From an uncultured bacterium (GTDB lineage Bacteria > Fidelibacterota > Marinisomatia > Marinisomatales > TCS55): 64,000 nt of DNA. The DNA lies in the NCBI GenBank assembly GCA_964442015.1, contig CAYTYA010000001.1:520-64519 (forward strand), read 5' to 3'. A program made the position numbers and the translations under genes. A model generated the notes under the pieces. The model did no database searches and was not told the DNA's origin. It worked only from the letters and a program-made list of their open reading frames with translations. Positions 1-9,795 of the stretch are shown one piece after another (position 1 is the first letter of the stretch; each line of letters begins with the position of its first letter).

Positions 1-1270
1 CTAATACACCAATTAAGAGGATTATAGTAATATAAATAAATAATACTTTTGCGTCTAAAGGTGTAAAATTGCTTTTGCGAGGATAAATCAAATATTTTTG
101 TCGGACTTCCTGATTAAATTTTAGCAATTCTTCATTTTGAATCGATTGATATAGAGACAGTCTATTCCAATCCTCCTTTTGAATAAAAATAGATATATCT
201 GCATTGCCAACCTTATTATCAAAATCAATACGGTTTTTTCCTGTGAGATCAAATTCTATATCTGGATACATGTGTTTAATTACTTTTGCACTTTCAATTG
301 CAATATCCCAGGGATCATATGCCTTAGAATCAGTTATATTAAATGAAAAACCATTACATATTTTTCCCTTAAAAAGTCCATTGTTGGGAACAATCACTGC
401 AGGAAAAAATTCCACTCCAGGAAGTTTTAATGCCTTCAGTTCAAAAACTAGATCTGATGCGTCCTCAATATTAGGATGCGCTAAAATTTGATGTTCACGG
501 TCAGATTTTTGTCCATTTTCAAACATATTACCCGGCGCTAAGAGATTGCTTATGGAAAAATATTTTAATTTATCATATGAATTTATATTTGGCGGAAGGT
601 ACTTCCATTGCAGATTAGTGTATGTCCATTCCTCTCCACTCCAATTATCCATTGGAATAATTTTTAATTTAGCATTATGATGATATTCTTCATTTAATAA
701 TCGAGCCAATTCGCCGATAGTCATACCATGCCTATAAGGGATAGATATCATTTCAAAGGGGTTTGCTATGCTCTTTTGTGGAATATTTCCCGATACAATC
801 GACCCACCCAATGGATTTGGACGATCAAGAACTATTATTGGCGTTTTAGATAACCCGCAAACATATATAATCTTACTTAAATAAATGGTATATGAAGTAG
901 ATCGTAGTCCCAGATCTTGAAAGTCAATAAAAACAACATCAATATCCTTAATTATTTCTAATAAATCTTCATTTGTTAAATTATAAAAATATAGTTCTTC
1001 TTTATCAAAGTTAATATTTGCACTATCTTTTTTATCTAAATGAACGACTATTTGAAGATCAAATTTCTCTTGTAAAATTTCAACGCTATTTAGCGCATTC
1101 TTATCAATTGCCCCACTGTTTGTAAATAGACAAATGCTTTTCCCATTATATTCATGAGAATTATTTAATAATTCATCAATACCAAAAGATAAATTGGCTG
1201 TAATCTGGCCATTGCAGAAGTTTGATATAAAAAAAACTATTAAACACTTAGTTAAAAAAATATTCTTCAT
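1..1270 (-). CDS. DUF1343 family protein (NamZ-like exo-N-acetylmuramidase family), 3' end beyond window
   Basis: My own translation of the minus strand starts at the ATG that is the complement of 1268-1270 and reaches position 1 without a stop. It reads MKNIFLTKCLIVFFISNFCNGQ (signal-like), then ICLFTNSGAID, IDFQDLGLRSTSYTIYL, VLDRPNPLGG and IPYRHGMTIGELA, which fits the DUF1343 motif pattern. It is absent from the ORF track because the window edge truncates it. Confidence 0.7.
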   Translation of the reverse strand, partial: MKNIFLTKCLIVFFISNFCNGQITANLSFGIDELLNNSHEYNGKSICLFTNSGAIDKNALNSVEILQEKFDLQIVVHLDKKDSANINFDKEELYFYNLTNEDLLEIIKDIDVVFIDFQDLGLRSTSYTIYLSKIIYVCGLSKTPIIVLDRPNPLGGSIVSGNIPQKSIANPFEMISIPYRHGMTIGELARLLNEEYHHNAKLKIIPMDNWSGEEWTYTNLQWKYLPPNINSYDKLKYFSISNLLAPGNMFENGQKSDREHQILAHPNIEDASDLVFELKALKLPGVEFFPAVIVPNNGLFKGKICNGFSFNITDSKAYDPWDIAIESAKVIKHMYPDIEFDLTGKNRIDFDNKVGNADISIFIQKEDWNRLSLYQSIQNEELLKFNQEVRQKYLIYPRKSNFTPLDAKVLFIYITIILLIGVL

Positions 1271-1391
1271 ATTTACATTTAATTATAATCAGCTTAGAGA
1301 AATACCGCTTGAATATAAAACTAGTTGTTATTTTATATAATTCGATTTTTTCTTGCCTTTTTTAGTATACTGAGTCATTTTCCGGGTAATT

Positions 1392-2927
1392 ATGGCGCAA
1401 AAAGAGAACGAACAATCGAATAGCGGCGGTTTCGCTAAAACAACAGATTTCAAATGGCTTGGAATTGGTTTAGGGCTTTTTATACTACTCGCCTTTATTA
1501 TGCCAATGCCTGAATCAATGATGTTAAAGGCTGAAGAATTATTCCAGGGTCAAGCTGGTGTAGATATTTTTACTAAAGCAACCCATATTAAGCTCATAAT
1601 AGCTCTATTATCAACTTGTGTAATATTTTTTGCTACTGAAGCCGTTCCAATGCCTGCTGTAGCACTACTAATTGGTTTAGTCCAATTATTTTTTGGTATA
1701 ACTGATCCAAAATTAATTGTGAGCACCTATGCGCATGATGCGGTATGGTTTATCGCTGGATCTTTAGCTCTTGGAGCAACATTAGTAAAATATGGTTTGG
1801 ATAAACGTGTTGGTATGCTTGTAATAAATTTGGCTGGAACAAAAACCCGTATGATCGTTATTGGCATCTTATTAGGTACTGCAATTCCAACTGCTTTTGT
1901 TGGTGAACATGCTGTCGCTGCAATGTATGTTCCAATTGCAATGGCTTTGTATACTCTTACAAACAAGTCTACTCCCTCTCCAAAATTAGGCACTCTTTTA
2001 ATGGTTACGATTGCAGTAGGATGTATGATTGGGGGGCCAATGAGTCCTACTGGGGGAGCGCGTAATGCTTTAATGATTGGGTTCCTTTCTAATATTGGTG
2101 TCGAAGTCTCTTTTATGCAATGGGTATCTATGGGTGTCTTCTATACAATTGCAATGTCTGTTGTAATGGCCTTTTTACTACCTTTATTATTTAAACCTGA
2201 AGTTTCTGACTTATCTGAAGCAGTTGATTTATTGAAAAAAGATCTTGAAAAACACGGCGCAATGACATCTAAGCAGAAGCTGGTTGCTTTGGTAATGTTA
2301 GCAGTAGTTATTTTATGGATTGTTGATAAATCTGTCACAAGGCAGGTATTAGGCTTTTCACTTGGTCTAGGTGGAGTTGCTATATCAGGCGCTGTTCTTT
2401 ATATGCTCTTAGGATTAACTTCCTGGAAAGATTATGAAGATAAAGTTAGCTGGGGTGTTATTGTACTTTATGCTGGCTGTATAAGTTTAGGTAGTGTATT
2501 TAAAAGCACTGGGGCTTCCAGTTGGTTTGCGGATCAGATCATGGGGTTAGTTGCGCCTCTTGGCCTTAACTCTGGTGTTGGATTAGTTATTTTAGTTGGT
2601 GTTATAGGAGCAGTATTAACCAATTTGATGAGCGCTGGCGCCACTGTTGCTGTAATAGGGCCAGTAGTATTGGATATGGCTCAAAGTTCCGGGACAAACC
2701 CGGTGCTTGTTGGTGTTGGATTAGCCATTGCAACATCCATGGCATACTGGTTAGTAATTGGTACGCCAGCAAGTTCCATTGTTTATTCAAGTGGACAGCT
2801 TGAATCTAAAGATTTTATTCGTATGGCAAGTGCAGGGTGGCCAGCTGCGTTAATTGTCTTAGGAGTTATGGTAGCTTTTTATTGGGTTAGTATTTTAGGT
2901 ATTGATCCATTGGGAATTGGATTCTAA
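1392..2927 (+). CDS. DASS/SLC13-type (ArsB/NhaD superfamily) anion or di/tricarboxylate:sodium symporter
   Basis: 511-aa polytopic membrane protein with two re-entrant-loop-like motifs (GGPMSPTGGARNALMIG and VIGTPASSIVYSSG) typical of DASS permeases. Confidence 0.6.
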   Translation: MAQKENEQSNSGGFAKTTDFKWLGIGLGLFILLAFIMPMPESMMLKAEELFQGQAGVDIFTKATHIKLIIALLSTCVIFFATEAVPMPAVALLIGLVQLFFGITDPKLIVSTYAHDAVWFIAGSLALGATLVKYGLDKRVGMLVINLAGTKTRMIVIGILLGTAIPTAFVGEHAVAAMYVPIAMALYTLTNKSTPSPKLGTLLMVTIAVGCMIGGPMSPTGGARNALMIGFLSNIGVEVSFMQWVSMGVFYTIAMSVVMAFLLPLLFKPEVSDLSEAVDLLKKDLEKHGAMTSKQKLVALVMLAVVILWIVDKSVTRQVLGFSLGLGGVAISGAVLYMLLGLTSWKDYEDKVSWGVIVLYAGCISLGSVFKSTGASSWFADQIMGLVAPLGLNSGVGLVILVGVIGAVLTNLMSAGATVAVIGPVVLDMAQSSGTNPVLVGVGLAIATSMAYWLVIGTPASSIVYSSGQLESKDFIRMASAGWPAALIVLGVMVAFYWVSILGIDPLGIGF

Positions 2928-2937
2928 GGATATAATT

Positions 2938-3267
2938 ATGGAAATTTTATTTTTATTGATAGTTCTAGTCATTTTATTTCTAGCAGTTTTTTCTAGTCGG
3001 AAAGAACAAACATCAGCTGCAGATAATCGTAAAGACTCTGCTCAAAAAGAAAAACAAGGTTTTGCCGAAGAAGATATCATGACTTATGGGCAAGTTCAGC
3101 AACGTAGAGAAGAGCTTATCAGCGTTCTTGATGACAATTTATCGGAAAAGCCTGAACAACTTGATCAAATAAAGAGAATAGTGAATGACTGGGCAGATTT
3201 AAAAATTAAGGCTTTTCAAGACCGAAGATCCTGGGTCAGAAACCCTGATAAAGAGAAATCTAGTTAA
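2938..3267 (+). CDS. hypothetical membrane-anchored protein
   Basis: The internal ATG at 2938 (MEILFLLIVLVILFLAVF) gives one N-terminal TM helix followed by a charged tail. I prefer it to the track start at 2902, which overlaps the upstream permease. No family recognised. Confidence 0.4.
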   Translation: MEILFLLIVLVILFLAVFSSRKEQTSAADNRKDSAQKEKQGFAEEDIMTYGQVQQRREELISVLDDNLSEKPEQLDQIKRIVNDWADLKIKAFQDRRSWVRNPDKEKSS

Positions 3268-4355
3268 ATTACATATTTTCTCTCTGTTCTTCCTTTAATC
3301 CCAGTTAATATTACATAGCTTGTTGATCCAATATCTTTTGCAATGTCGTCAACTAAAATTTTATCCAAATTATTCTGTCCAAATATCAATACTTCATCGC
3401 CCACCTTAACATCTGCATCGCCAAAATCTACCATAAATTGATCCATACAAGCTCGTCCTGCTATAGAATATTTACTCCCTTTAAAAGATATAAAGCCATT
3501 TAAATACCATTCTCTAGGGAATCCATCAGCAAACCCTGTTTGAATAACTCCTATAACTGTATCTTTTTTTGACTCCCAAACGCCTCCATAACTTACCTTG
3601 GTACCAGCCTTTACTTTTCTCAAAGAAACAACTGGTCCTTTAAATTCCATTACAGGTTTTATTGGTAGTTCCCTTGCAACCTCATCCGATGGAAACGAAC
3701 CGTATAATAACATACCCACACGAACTAAATTATATGAACTGTGTGGCATATTAATTACTGTGCCGCTATTTGAAAAATGGACAAACTGAACAGCTAGATT
3801 TATTTTTTTAATATAATCTAATAGCTGATTGAATTGACCAAGTTGATATTCTGCATAATGCAAATCACCTTCGTCTGCAGTCGCATAATGGCTATAGATT
3901 CCATGACAATTCAGTTTTTCATTTTTAATTGTTTCAATAATTCCATGCGCTTCATCAAATGATACACCTAACCTGGTCATACCAGTATCTACTTTTAAAT
4001 GAAATTTTGGACTATGCTTAGCTTTACAAAACAAGCTGACATCATCTGGGTCGCATAGATTTAAAGTAATATTCTTTTCATAAGCAATTTCCAACATTTG
4101 TTTTGTTGGTCTACAGAAAACAAGTATATCTTCTGTGATTCCAGCATCTCTTAATTCTAATGCTTCATTAAAAGTAAAAACTGCAAAAAATTTTACTCCT
4201 TCATTACGCAATACCTTTGAAACTTCTATTACTCCATGTCCATATCCATTTGCTTTTACTACAGCCATAATAGGAATATTATTCAAATGATCTTTTATTA
4301 AGCGATAGTTATGCGCTAGATTATCTAAGTTAATTATAGCTTTAGGGGAAAACAT
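3264..4355 (-). CDS. alr: alanine racemase
   Basis: 363 aa with the PLP-lysine motif AVVKANGYGHG near the N-terminus and family-typical length and C-terminal beta domain. Confidence 0.9.
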   Translation of the reverse strand: MFSPKAIINLDNLAHNYRLIKDHLNNIPIMAVVKANGYGHGVIEVSKVLRNEGVKFFAVFTFNEALELRDAGITEDILVFCRPTKQMLEIAYEKNITLNLCDPDDVSLFCKAKHSPKFHLKVDTGMTRLGVSFDEAHGIIETIKNEKLNCHGIYSHYATADEGDLHYAEYQLGQFNQLLDYIKKINLAVQFVHFSNSGTVINMPHSSYNLVRVGMLLYGSFPSDEVARELPIKPVMEFKGPVVSLRKVKAGTKVSYGGVWESKKDTVIGVIQTGFADGFPREWYLNGFISFKGSKYSIAGRACMDQFMVDFGDADVKVGDEVLIFGQNNLDKILVDDIAKDIGSTSYVILTGIKGRTERKYVI

Positions 4356-4360
4356 TTGAT

Positions 4361-4822
4361 TTAACCAAATTTACTTAATAAAAATAATTTTAATTCTTCA
4401 AAATTTTCAAAAATCTCAGTACTACAAGCTATAATCCATCCGCTTAGATCTGTTAACGGAATTTGATTAACTACGTAAACAGGTATACTGTGTTCAAATG
4501 CTAATGTAACTTCACCATGAGTACCTGCACCTTTAAATACTTCTTCATTCCATAAACAAATAATATAATTTGCTTCTTTAGTAACTGCCTCTATATCTCG
4601 TATAACAAACTTATTAATAAAATTTTTATATCGTACTAAGTCAGTCTCTTTCCAATTCCGGTAATCATGTGAATCTGTATTAGATATGATTAAACGAGAT
4701 TCTTCTACAGGATTGATAACAGAATGGTCAAGATTCGAAGTAAGCCATTCTGTTATATTTTTACGCCAACCTTCTCCTTCATCATCCGCATACTCCATTG
4801 CGCCAGAGAGATATGCGATCAT
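4361..4822 (-). CDS. nucleoside 2-deoxyribosyltransferase-like (NDT/Rcl superfamily) small protein
   Basis: 153 aa. It has an N-terminal IAYLSGAMEY motif (the YLAGP-like position) and GAGTHGEVTLA (the GT..E catalytic-Glu-like motif). The superfamily assignment rests on motif recall only. Confidence 0.45.
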   Translation of the reverse strand: MIAYLSGAMEYADDEGEGWRKNITEWLTSNLDHSVINPVEESRLIISNTDSHDYRNWKETDLVRYKNFINKFVIRDIEAVTKEANYIICLWNEEVFKGAGTHGEVTLAFEHSIPVYVVNQIPLTDLSGWIIACSTEIFENFEELKLFLLSKFG

Positions 4823-5565
4823 TGCTTAAGAACTCGTTTCATTAAGATACTATTTAAAAAGATCCATAGCATTCCAATCATCAAGGGTATAATAAATAAA
4901 TCAAAATTAAACTCACCATTAAATACCATTGATCTATACCAATTGGATATCATACTAGTTGGCAAAAACTTGAAAATATCAATTACACTTTTTGGATAAA
5001 AATCAAACTCAATTAATAATTGAGAACTATATATAATAAATAATGAAATAATCGAAGCCCCAACAAAAATATGATTAGTTCTATGAGTCGATAATGAAAG
5101 TGTGGTAAAAACATTAGCAATTATCAAACTAAATAGAGAAACTGCTATAATGATGTAAAAAAGGCTAGTTATTGCTAAAGAGATCTCCATAAAATATAAT
5201 AAAATAAATATTGAAACGATGGAAAGAATTACCCCTTCAATAATCGCAGAGAATATTAAATAACTTACAATTTGAAATTTAGATAAGGGTGAAAGGGATA
5301 AAGTAACTAACATCTGAGATTCCAAACGTAAAAAATGAAAGTCTCTGAATATAATTGGTGCAATAATTATTGTATTAATTAACATTATTAGTCCAGGATA
5401 AACCCACTCCTCATAGGATATATTACCCATTGTTTCCATAATTACATTTTTCATCCCAATTGATATTGTTAGAAAAACAATAATGGGTAATAACAAAACC
5501 AAAGCAGAAGAAGAAATAAGTCTATGACGCAGAAGCCAAAAACGTCTTATAAGGAATGCTTGCAT
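4819..5565 (-). CDS. ABC-2 type transporter permease
   Basis: 248 aa with about 6 TM helices. Its start overlaps the stop of the upstream ABC ATPase by 1 nt. Confidence 0.6.
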   Translation of the reverse strand: MQAFLIRRFWLLRHRLISSSALVLLLPIIVFLTISIGMKNVIMETMGNISYEEWVYPGLIMLINTIIIAPIIFRDFHFLRLESQMLVTLSLSPLSKFQIVSYLIFSAIIEGVILSIVSIFILLYFMEISLAITSLFYIIIAVSLFSLIIANVFTTLSLSTHRTNHIFVGASIISLFIIYSSQLLIEFDFYPKSVIDIFKFLPTSMISNWYRSMVFNGEFNFDLFIIPLMIGMLWIFLNSILMKRVLKQ

Positions 5566-6491
5566 TAGTCTAATCCTCTTCCAGCGAATTCAGAATCCAT
5601 CAAATCACGTAAGCTTAATTTCTTTACTGACAAATCCTTCATTAGCTGCCCAGCAGCTTCATTCAATACTTGAAAAAAGACAGATCTTTCACGTCCATAG
5701 AAATGAAGAGTATTCCCTATTTTAGAAGGGTTAACTATAGTAGAAATTGCAGTCAATTTATTATAAAGTTCTTCAGTGAGCTTAACAAACTCAATTTCAA
5801 ATTGATGGTACTGTAACGTACTCTCTAATAATTTATCTAAAGTTCCATCTAAAACTATCTTGCCAGTTTGCATTACCAATATTCTATCATTTGCCTGTTC
5901 AACCTCAGGCAAATATTGACTTACATAAATAATTGTTTTCTCTCCTGCTAAGCCACGAAGAAGACTCCACGTTTTTCTAGTGGAAGGAGCATCCATAAAA
6001 GATGTTGGTTCATCTAAAATAAGTATAGATGGGTCATGAACAAGTTCACGTATAATCATTGCTTTTTTCTTATTACCCGGAGATACTAATCCTGCGGGTT
6101 TATGCAATAAATCTAATATTTCTAAATCTTCTGCATATTTATGAATTCTTTTAGTTATTTGTTCTCTATCTATTCCATAGACATATCCGATAAATTGAAT
6201 ATTCTCTTCAATAGAAAGTTCAGGATCTAAATCCGAATTATGAGGAACATACCCAGTGTAATTTTGAGAATCCTTTCTTCTCTTTACAGAATCGATACCA
6301 TGAATAAAAACATTTCCATAGTCCGGATTTTCAATTCCAGCCAATAGTTGTAATAGTGTAGACTTTCCAGCATCATTTTCTCCAATAATTGCAACCAATG
6401 ATCCCCTTTCTACCCCAAAAGTTAATCCTGCAAGTATTGTCTTATCTCCTACAAGCTTACCTACTTTTTTTAATGTTATACTTGCTTCCAT
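5565..6491 (-). CDS. ABC transporter ATP-binding protein
   Basis: Walker A GENDAGKST and Walker B ILILDEPTSFMD. The signature motif is degenerate (VSPGNKKK). 308 aa with a C-terminal extension. Confidence 0.85.
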   Translation of the reverse strand: MEASITLKKVGKLVGDKTILAGLTFGVERGSLVAIIGENDAGKSTLLQLLAGIENPDYGNVFIHGIDSVKRRKDSQNYTGYVPHNSDLDPELSIEENIQFIGYVYGIDREQITKRIHKYAEDLEILDLLHKPAGLVSPGNKKKAMIIRELVHDPSILILDEPTSFMDAPSTRKTWSLLRGLAGEKTIIYVSQYLPEVEQANDRILVMQTGKIVLDGTLDKLLESTLQYHQFEIEFVKLTEELYNKLTAISTIVNPSKIGNTLHFYGRERSVFFQVLNEAAGQLMKDLSVKKLSLRDLMDSEFAGRGLD

Positions 6492-6516
6492 CTAATGTTA
6501 AAAATTATTAGCGTTA

Positions 6517-9237
6517 TTAATGAGCATCAAACCAACTAATTCCTTTACCGCAATCTACTACCAAAGGTACTATTAGAGGCATGGCATTGACCATTTTATC
6601 TTTAACCATTTCTTCAAGCTTATCTATCTCATTAAGAGGTGCTTCAAATAATAGTTCATCGTGTATTTGTAATATCATGCGCGATTGATAATCTTCACTT
6701 TGCAAGGTTCTATTAATGTCTAACATTGCAAGCTTAATCATTTCCGCTGCGGTTCCTTGAATAGGCATATTAATAGCCATTCTCTTTGCCGCTTCTCTTT
6801 GCATATGATTTTCACTATCTACATTCCAGATATTCCTTCTGCGTCCTAGTACAGTTTCCACAAATTTTTGTTTTTCAGCATCTTGAATAGTTTTATCCAT
6901 ATAATCTCTAATTCCAATATATCTATCGAAATATGTATCTATAATCACCTGGGCTTCACTTCTAGGTATCCCTAACTCTTGGCTTAATCTGAAAGGACCA
7001 GCACCATACATAATACCAAAATTGACAACTTTTGCAGTTCGCCTCATATCAGGTAGAACATCATCAATTTTAACCCCATATACGTCACTTGCGGTTCTTG
7101 TATGAATATCTTCATTATTATTAAAAGATTCTATAAGAGTTGAATCTTTACTTAAATGAGCCATGATACGTAGTTCTATTTGAGAATAATCAGCAGAAAA
7201 TATTAACCAATCCTTCTTTTGAGCTTTAAACGCCTTACGAATTTCTCTACCCTCTTCAGTTCGAATTGGTATATTCTGAAAATTAGGAGTACTACTTGAT
7301 AAGCGACCAGTAGACGCTATTGTTTGAGAAAAAGTTGTATGGATCCTACCTGTGCTTTTATTAATTAAAGGAGGAAAACTGTCAACATAGGTATTCTTTA
7401 ATTTTGCTAATTTTCTATACTCTAATATTAAATTAGGCAACGGATGCTCATTTCGAAGTGCTTCTAATACAGGTTCAGCTGTAGATCTTTGTTTAACTTT
7501 TGTTAGGCTTAAATCATCAAATAAAATTTTTGCTAATTGTTGAGTTGAATTAATATTGAATTCTGTTCCAGCCTCATTAATTATATCTGTAGATAAATTT
7601 TCAACCTTTTTACTTAAATCTATCGACATTTCTTCTAACATTTCTTTATCTACAAATGCACCTTCATATTCCATATTCAATAGGACATTGATAAGGGGTA
7701 ATTCAATTTTATTATAAAAATGATCCAAACCCGCATTCTTAAGTTCTTTCAAAAAAATATTTGTAAGCTTTAGAGCAATATCTGCATCTTCACAAGCATA
7801 ATATCCTGCTTGATCTAACTCCACTTCTGCCATAGATATCTGATTTTTTCCTTTTCCAATAAGATCTTCAATGGGGATCATTCTGTAATTGAGATATTCA
7901 ATACTCAGATTATCTAATTTATAAGAACGCGCCTCAGGCTTTAGCAAATGTGCTGCTAACATACTATCACATATCAATCCTTTAACATTTATACCATACC
8001 GTTTATAAATCAACATATCAAACTTTACATTTTGACCTGTTTTCAAAATATCCTCATCTTCCATTATTGGACGAATGATGTCAATTACTGTTAACATATC
8101 ATCATTACCAAATAGATTAGTTGATTTATTTTTGAATTCTATAGGAATATATACTCCCGTATCCTCTTTCATAGAAAAACTTATGCCAACAATATGATTT
8201 TGCATTGCATTTAGACCATCTGTTTCAATATCAAAGGACAGAATCATCTTTTGTTTAACCGATTTAACAAACTTTTTCAATTCATCTAAAGATTGAATGA
8301 TTATATAATCTTTTTTTGATTCTTTAATAGGATCATCTAATGATTTAGATGATCCTGGTAATTGATTTATGAGTGCATGAAACTCATATTCTGTTAATAA
8401 AGACTCTAATGAACTCTTACTAAATTCTATATTCTCAAAATCCTTTATATTATAATCTATAGGAACGTCTGTTACGATCGTAACAAGATCTTTACTAAGT
8501 ATAGCATTTTCTTTCCCTTCTAACAAACCATTGCGAACTCTTTTATTAGTAACAATTTCTGCATTATTAAGAGCCTCTTCCAAAGTATCGTATTCATTAA
8601 TAAGCTTCATTGCAGATTTTGGACCAACTCCTGATACACCCGGAATATTGTCAGAAGAGTCACCCATTAGACCAAACAGATCTATAATTTTTTCAGGAGG
8701 CACTCCCCACCGTTCCTTGACCCCATCTTTATTATAAATTTTATCCGGTTTATTTTTTGTTCCCGGAGCATATAGAAAGACATTATCATTAATAAGCTGC
8801 ATAAAATCTTTATCTCCACTAACGATGAATACTTCAAAATCATTTTTTGTACCATCAACAGCTAATGTTCCAATAATATCATCAGCCTCATAACCTTTTT
8901 TAGATAAGTTGGGTATTTGCAAAGCATCAATTAATTTCCATAAATGTGGTAATTGTACTTGTAGCTCTTCAGGCATTGGGTCTCTATTTGCTTTATAATC
9001 AGGATATTTTTTATGCCGAAATGTTTTTTCTTTCCTGTCAAATATTGTTGCTATGTAATCTGGGTTTTCTTTATTCAGAATTCTAAATAATTGATTTAAA
9101 AATCCAAAAAGTGCGCTTGTTGGTAAACCATAAGATGTAATTAATGGATTTCTTATCATTGCGAAATGAGCTCTATACAACATCGCATAACCATCAATTA
9201 GAAACATACGTTTTTTATTGTGTTTCTTTGCGCTCAT
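6517..9237 (-). CDS. polA: DNA polymerase I
   Basis: 906 aa. 5' nuclease region (LIDGYAMLYRAHFA, GDSSDNIPGVSGVGPK), 3'-5' exo region (SFDIETDGL) and polymerase motifs (DYSQIELRIMAH, RRTAKVVNFGIMYG, QIHDELLFE). Confidence 0.95.
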   Translation of the reverse strand: MSAKKHNKKRMFLIDGYAMLYRAHFAMIRNPLITSYGLPTSALFGFLNQLFRILNKENPDYIATIFDRKEKTFRHKKYPDYKANRDPMPEELQVQLPHLWKLIDALQIPNLSKKGYEADDIIGTLAVDGTKNDFEVFIVSGDKDFMQLINDNVFLYAPGTKNKPDKIYNKDGVKERWGVPPEKIIDLFGLMGDSSDNIPGVSGVGPKSAMKLINEYDTLEEALNNAEIVTNKRVRNGLLEGKENAILSKDLVTIVTDVPIDYNIKDFENIEFSKSSLESLLTEYEFHALINQLPGSSKSLDDPIKESKKDYIIIQSLDELKKFVKSVKQKMILSFDIETDGLNAMQNHIVGISFSMKEDTGVYIPIEFKNKSTNLFGNDDMLTVIDIIRPIMEDEDILKTGQNVKFDMLIYKRYGINVKGLICDSMLAAHLLKPEARSYKLDNLSIEYLNYRMIPIEDLIGKGKNQISMAEVELDQAGYYACEDADIALKLTNIFLKELKNAGLDHFYNKIELPLINVLLNMEYEGAFVDKEMLEEMSIDLSKKVENLSTDIINEAGTEFNINSTQQLAKILFDDLSLTKVKQRSTAEPVLEALRNEHPLPNLILEYRKLAKLKNTYVDSFPPLINKSTGRIHTTFSQTIASTGRLSSSTPNFQNIPIRTEEGREIRKAFKAQKKDWLIFSADYSQIELRIMAHLSKDSTLIESFNNNEDIHTRTASDVYGVKIDDVLPDMRRTAKVVNFGIMYGAGPFRLSQELGIPRSEAQVIIDTYFDRYIGIRDYMDKTIQDAEKQKFVETVLGRRRNIWNVDSENHMQREAAKRMAINMPIQGTAAEMIKLAMLDINRTLQSEDYQSRMILQIHDELLFEAPLNEIDKLEEMVKDKMVNAMPLIVPLVVDCGKGISWFDAH

Positions 9238-9358
9238 AGGACAATGAAGTTACCATTATGTCTAAGCAAGCTCAACTGACAAATTGCACTATATGAGTGT
9301 GTTTGATATTCTTCTAGCTAAATAGTAATATTCTACTAATAATAATTAATAAATCTGT

Positions 9359-9784
9359 ATGATAAAGATTTCAAATAATATTTTTATAAAAAGAACAGAT
9401 ATAAAAGAGACATTTATTAGGTCTTCAGGACCAGGGGGACAGCATGTTAATAAAGTTTCAACTGCTGTACAACTTCGTTTTAATGTTATAAAGTCTATAA
9501 ATATTTCAGATAATATGCTTAAAAGATTGAAAATAATAGCTGGATCAAAATTAAAAGAAAATGGAGAATTGATTATTGAATCTAGTAAACATAAGTCTCA
9601 GGCCCTGAACCGCAAAGATGCCTTAGATAAATTGGTTATTCTACTAAAAAAGGCATCTAAAAAACCAAAATATCGACAATCGACTTCTCCTAGTAAAAGC
9701 AGTATTGAAAAAAGATTAAAAAATAAACGTATTCAAAGCTTAAAGAAAAAAAACCGTCGAAAAATTGATCCTTCTAGTGAATAA
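9359..9784 (+). CDS. arfB: alternative ribosome-rescue factor ArfB (peptidyl-tRNA hydrolase, RF-1 domain)
   Basis: 141 aa with the GGQ motif (SSGPGGQHVNKVSTAV) and a lysine/arginine-rich C-terminal tail. Confidence 0.85.
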   Translation: MIKISNNIFIKRTDIKETFIRSSGPGGQHVNKVSTAVQLRFNVIKSINISDNMLKRLKIIAGSKLKENGELIIESSKHKSQALNRKDALDKLVILLKKASKKPKYRQSTSPSKSSIEKRLKNKRIQSLKKKNRRKIDPSSE

Positions 9785-9795
9785 TTAATTTATTA

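Noticed and set aside
204-491. 95-aa plus-strand ORF in the supplied track
   Set aside because: It lies antisense inside the long DUF1343 reading frame that runs from 1270 to the left edge. It has a low-complexity composition and no recognisable motifs, so it is a shadow ORF.
4819-6491. ABC ATPase plus ABC-2 permease as the gliding-motility GldA/GldF pair, given T9SS genes in the window
   Set aside because: No gldG-like gene follows and I see no family-specific motif. ABC-2 exporter pairs are ubiquitous.
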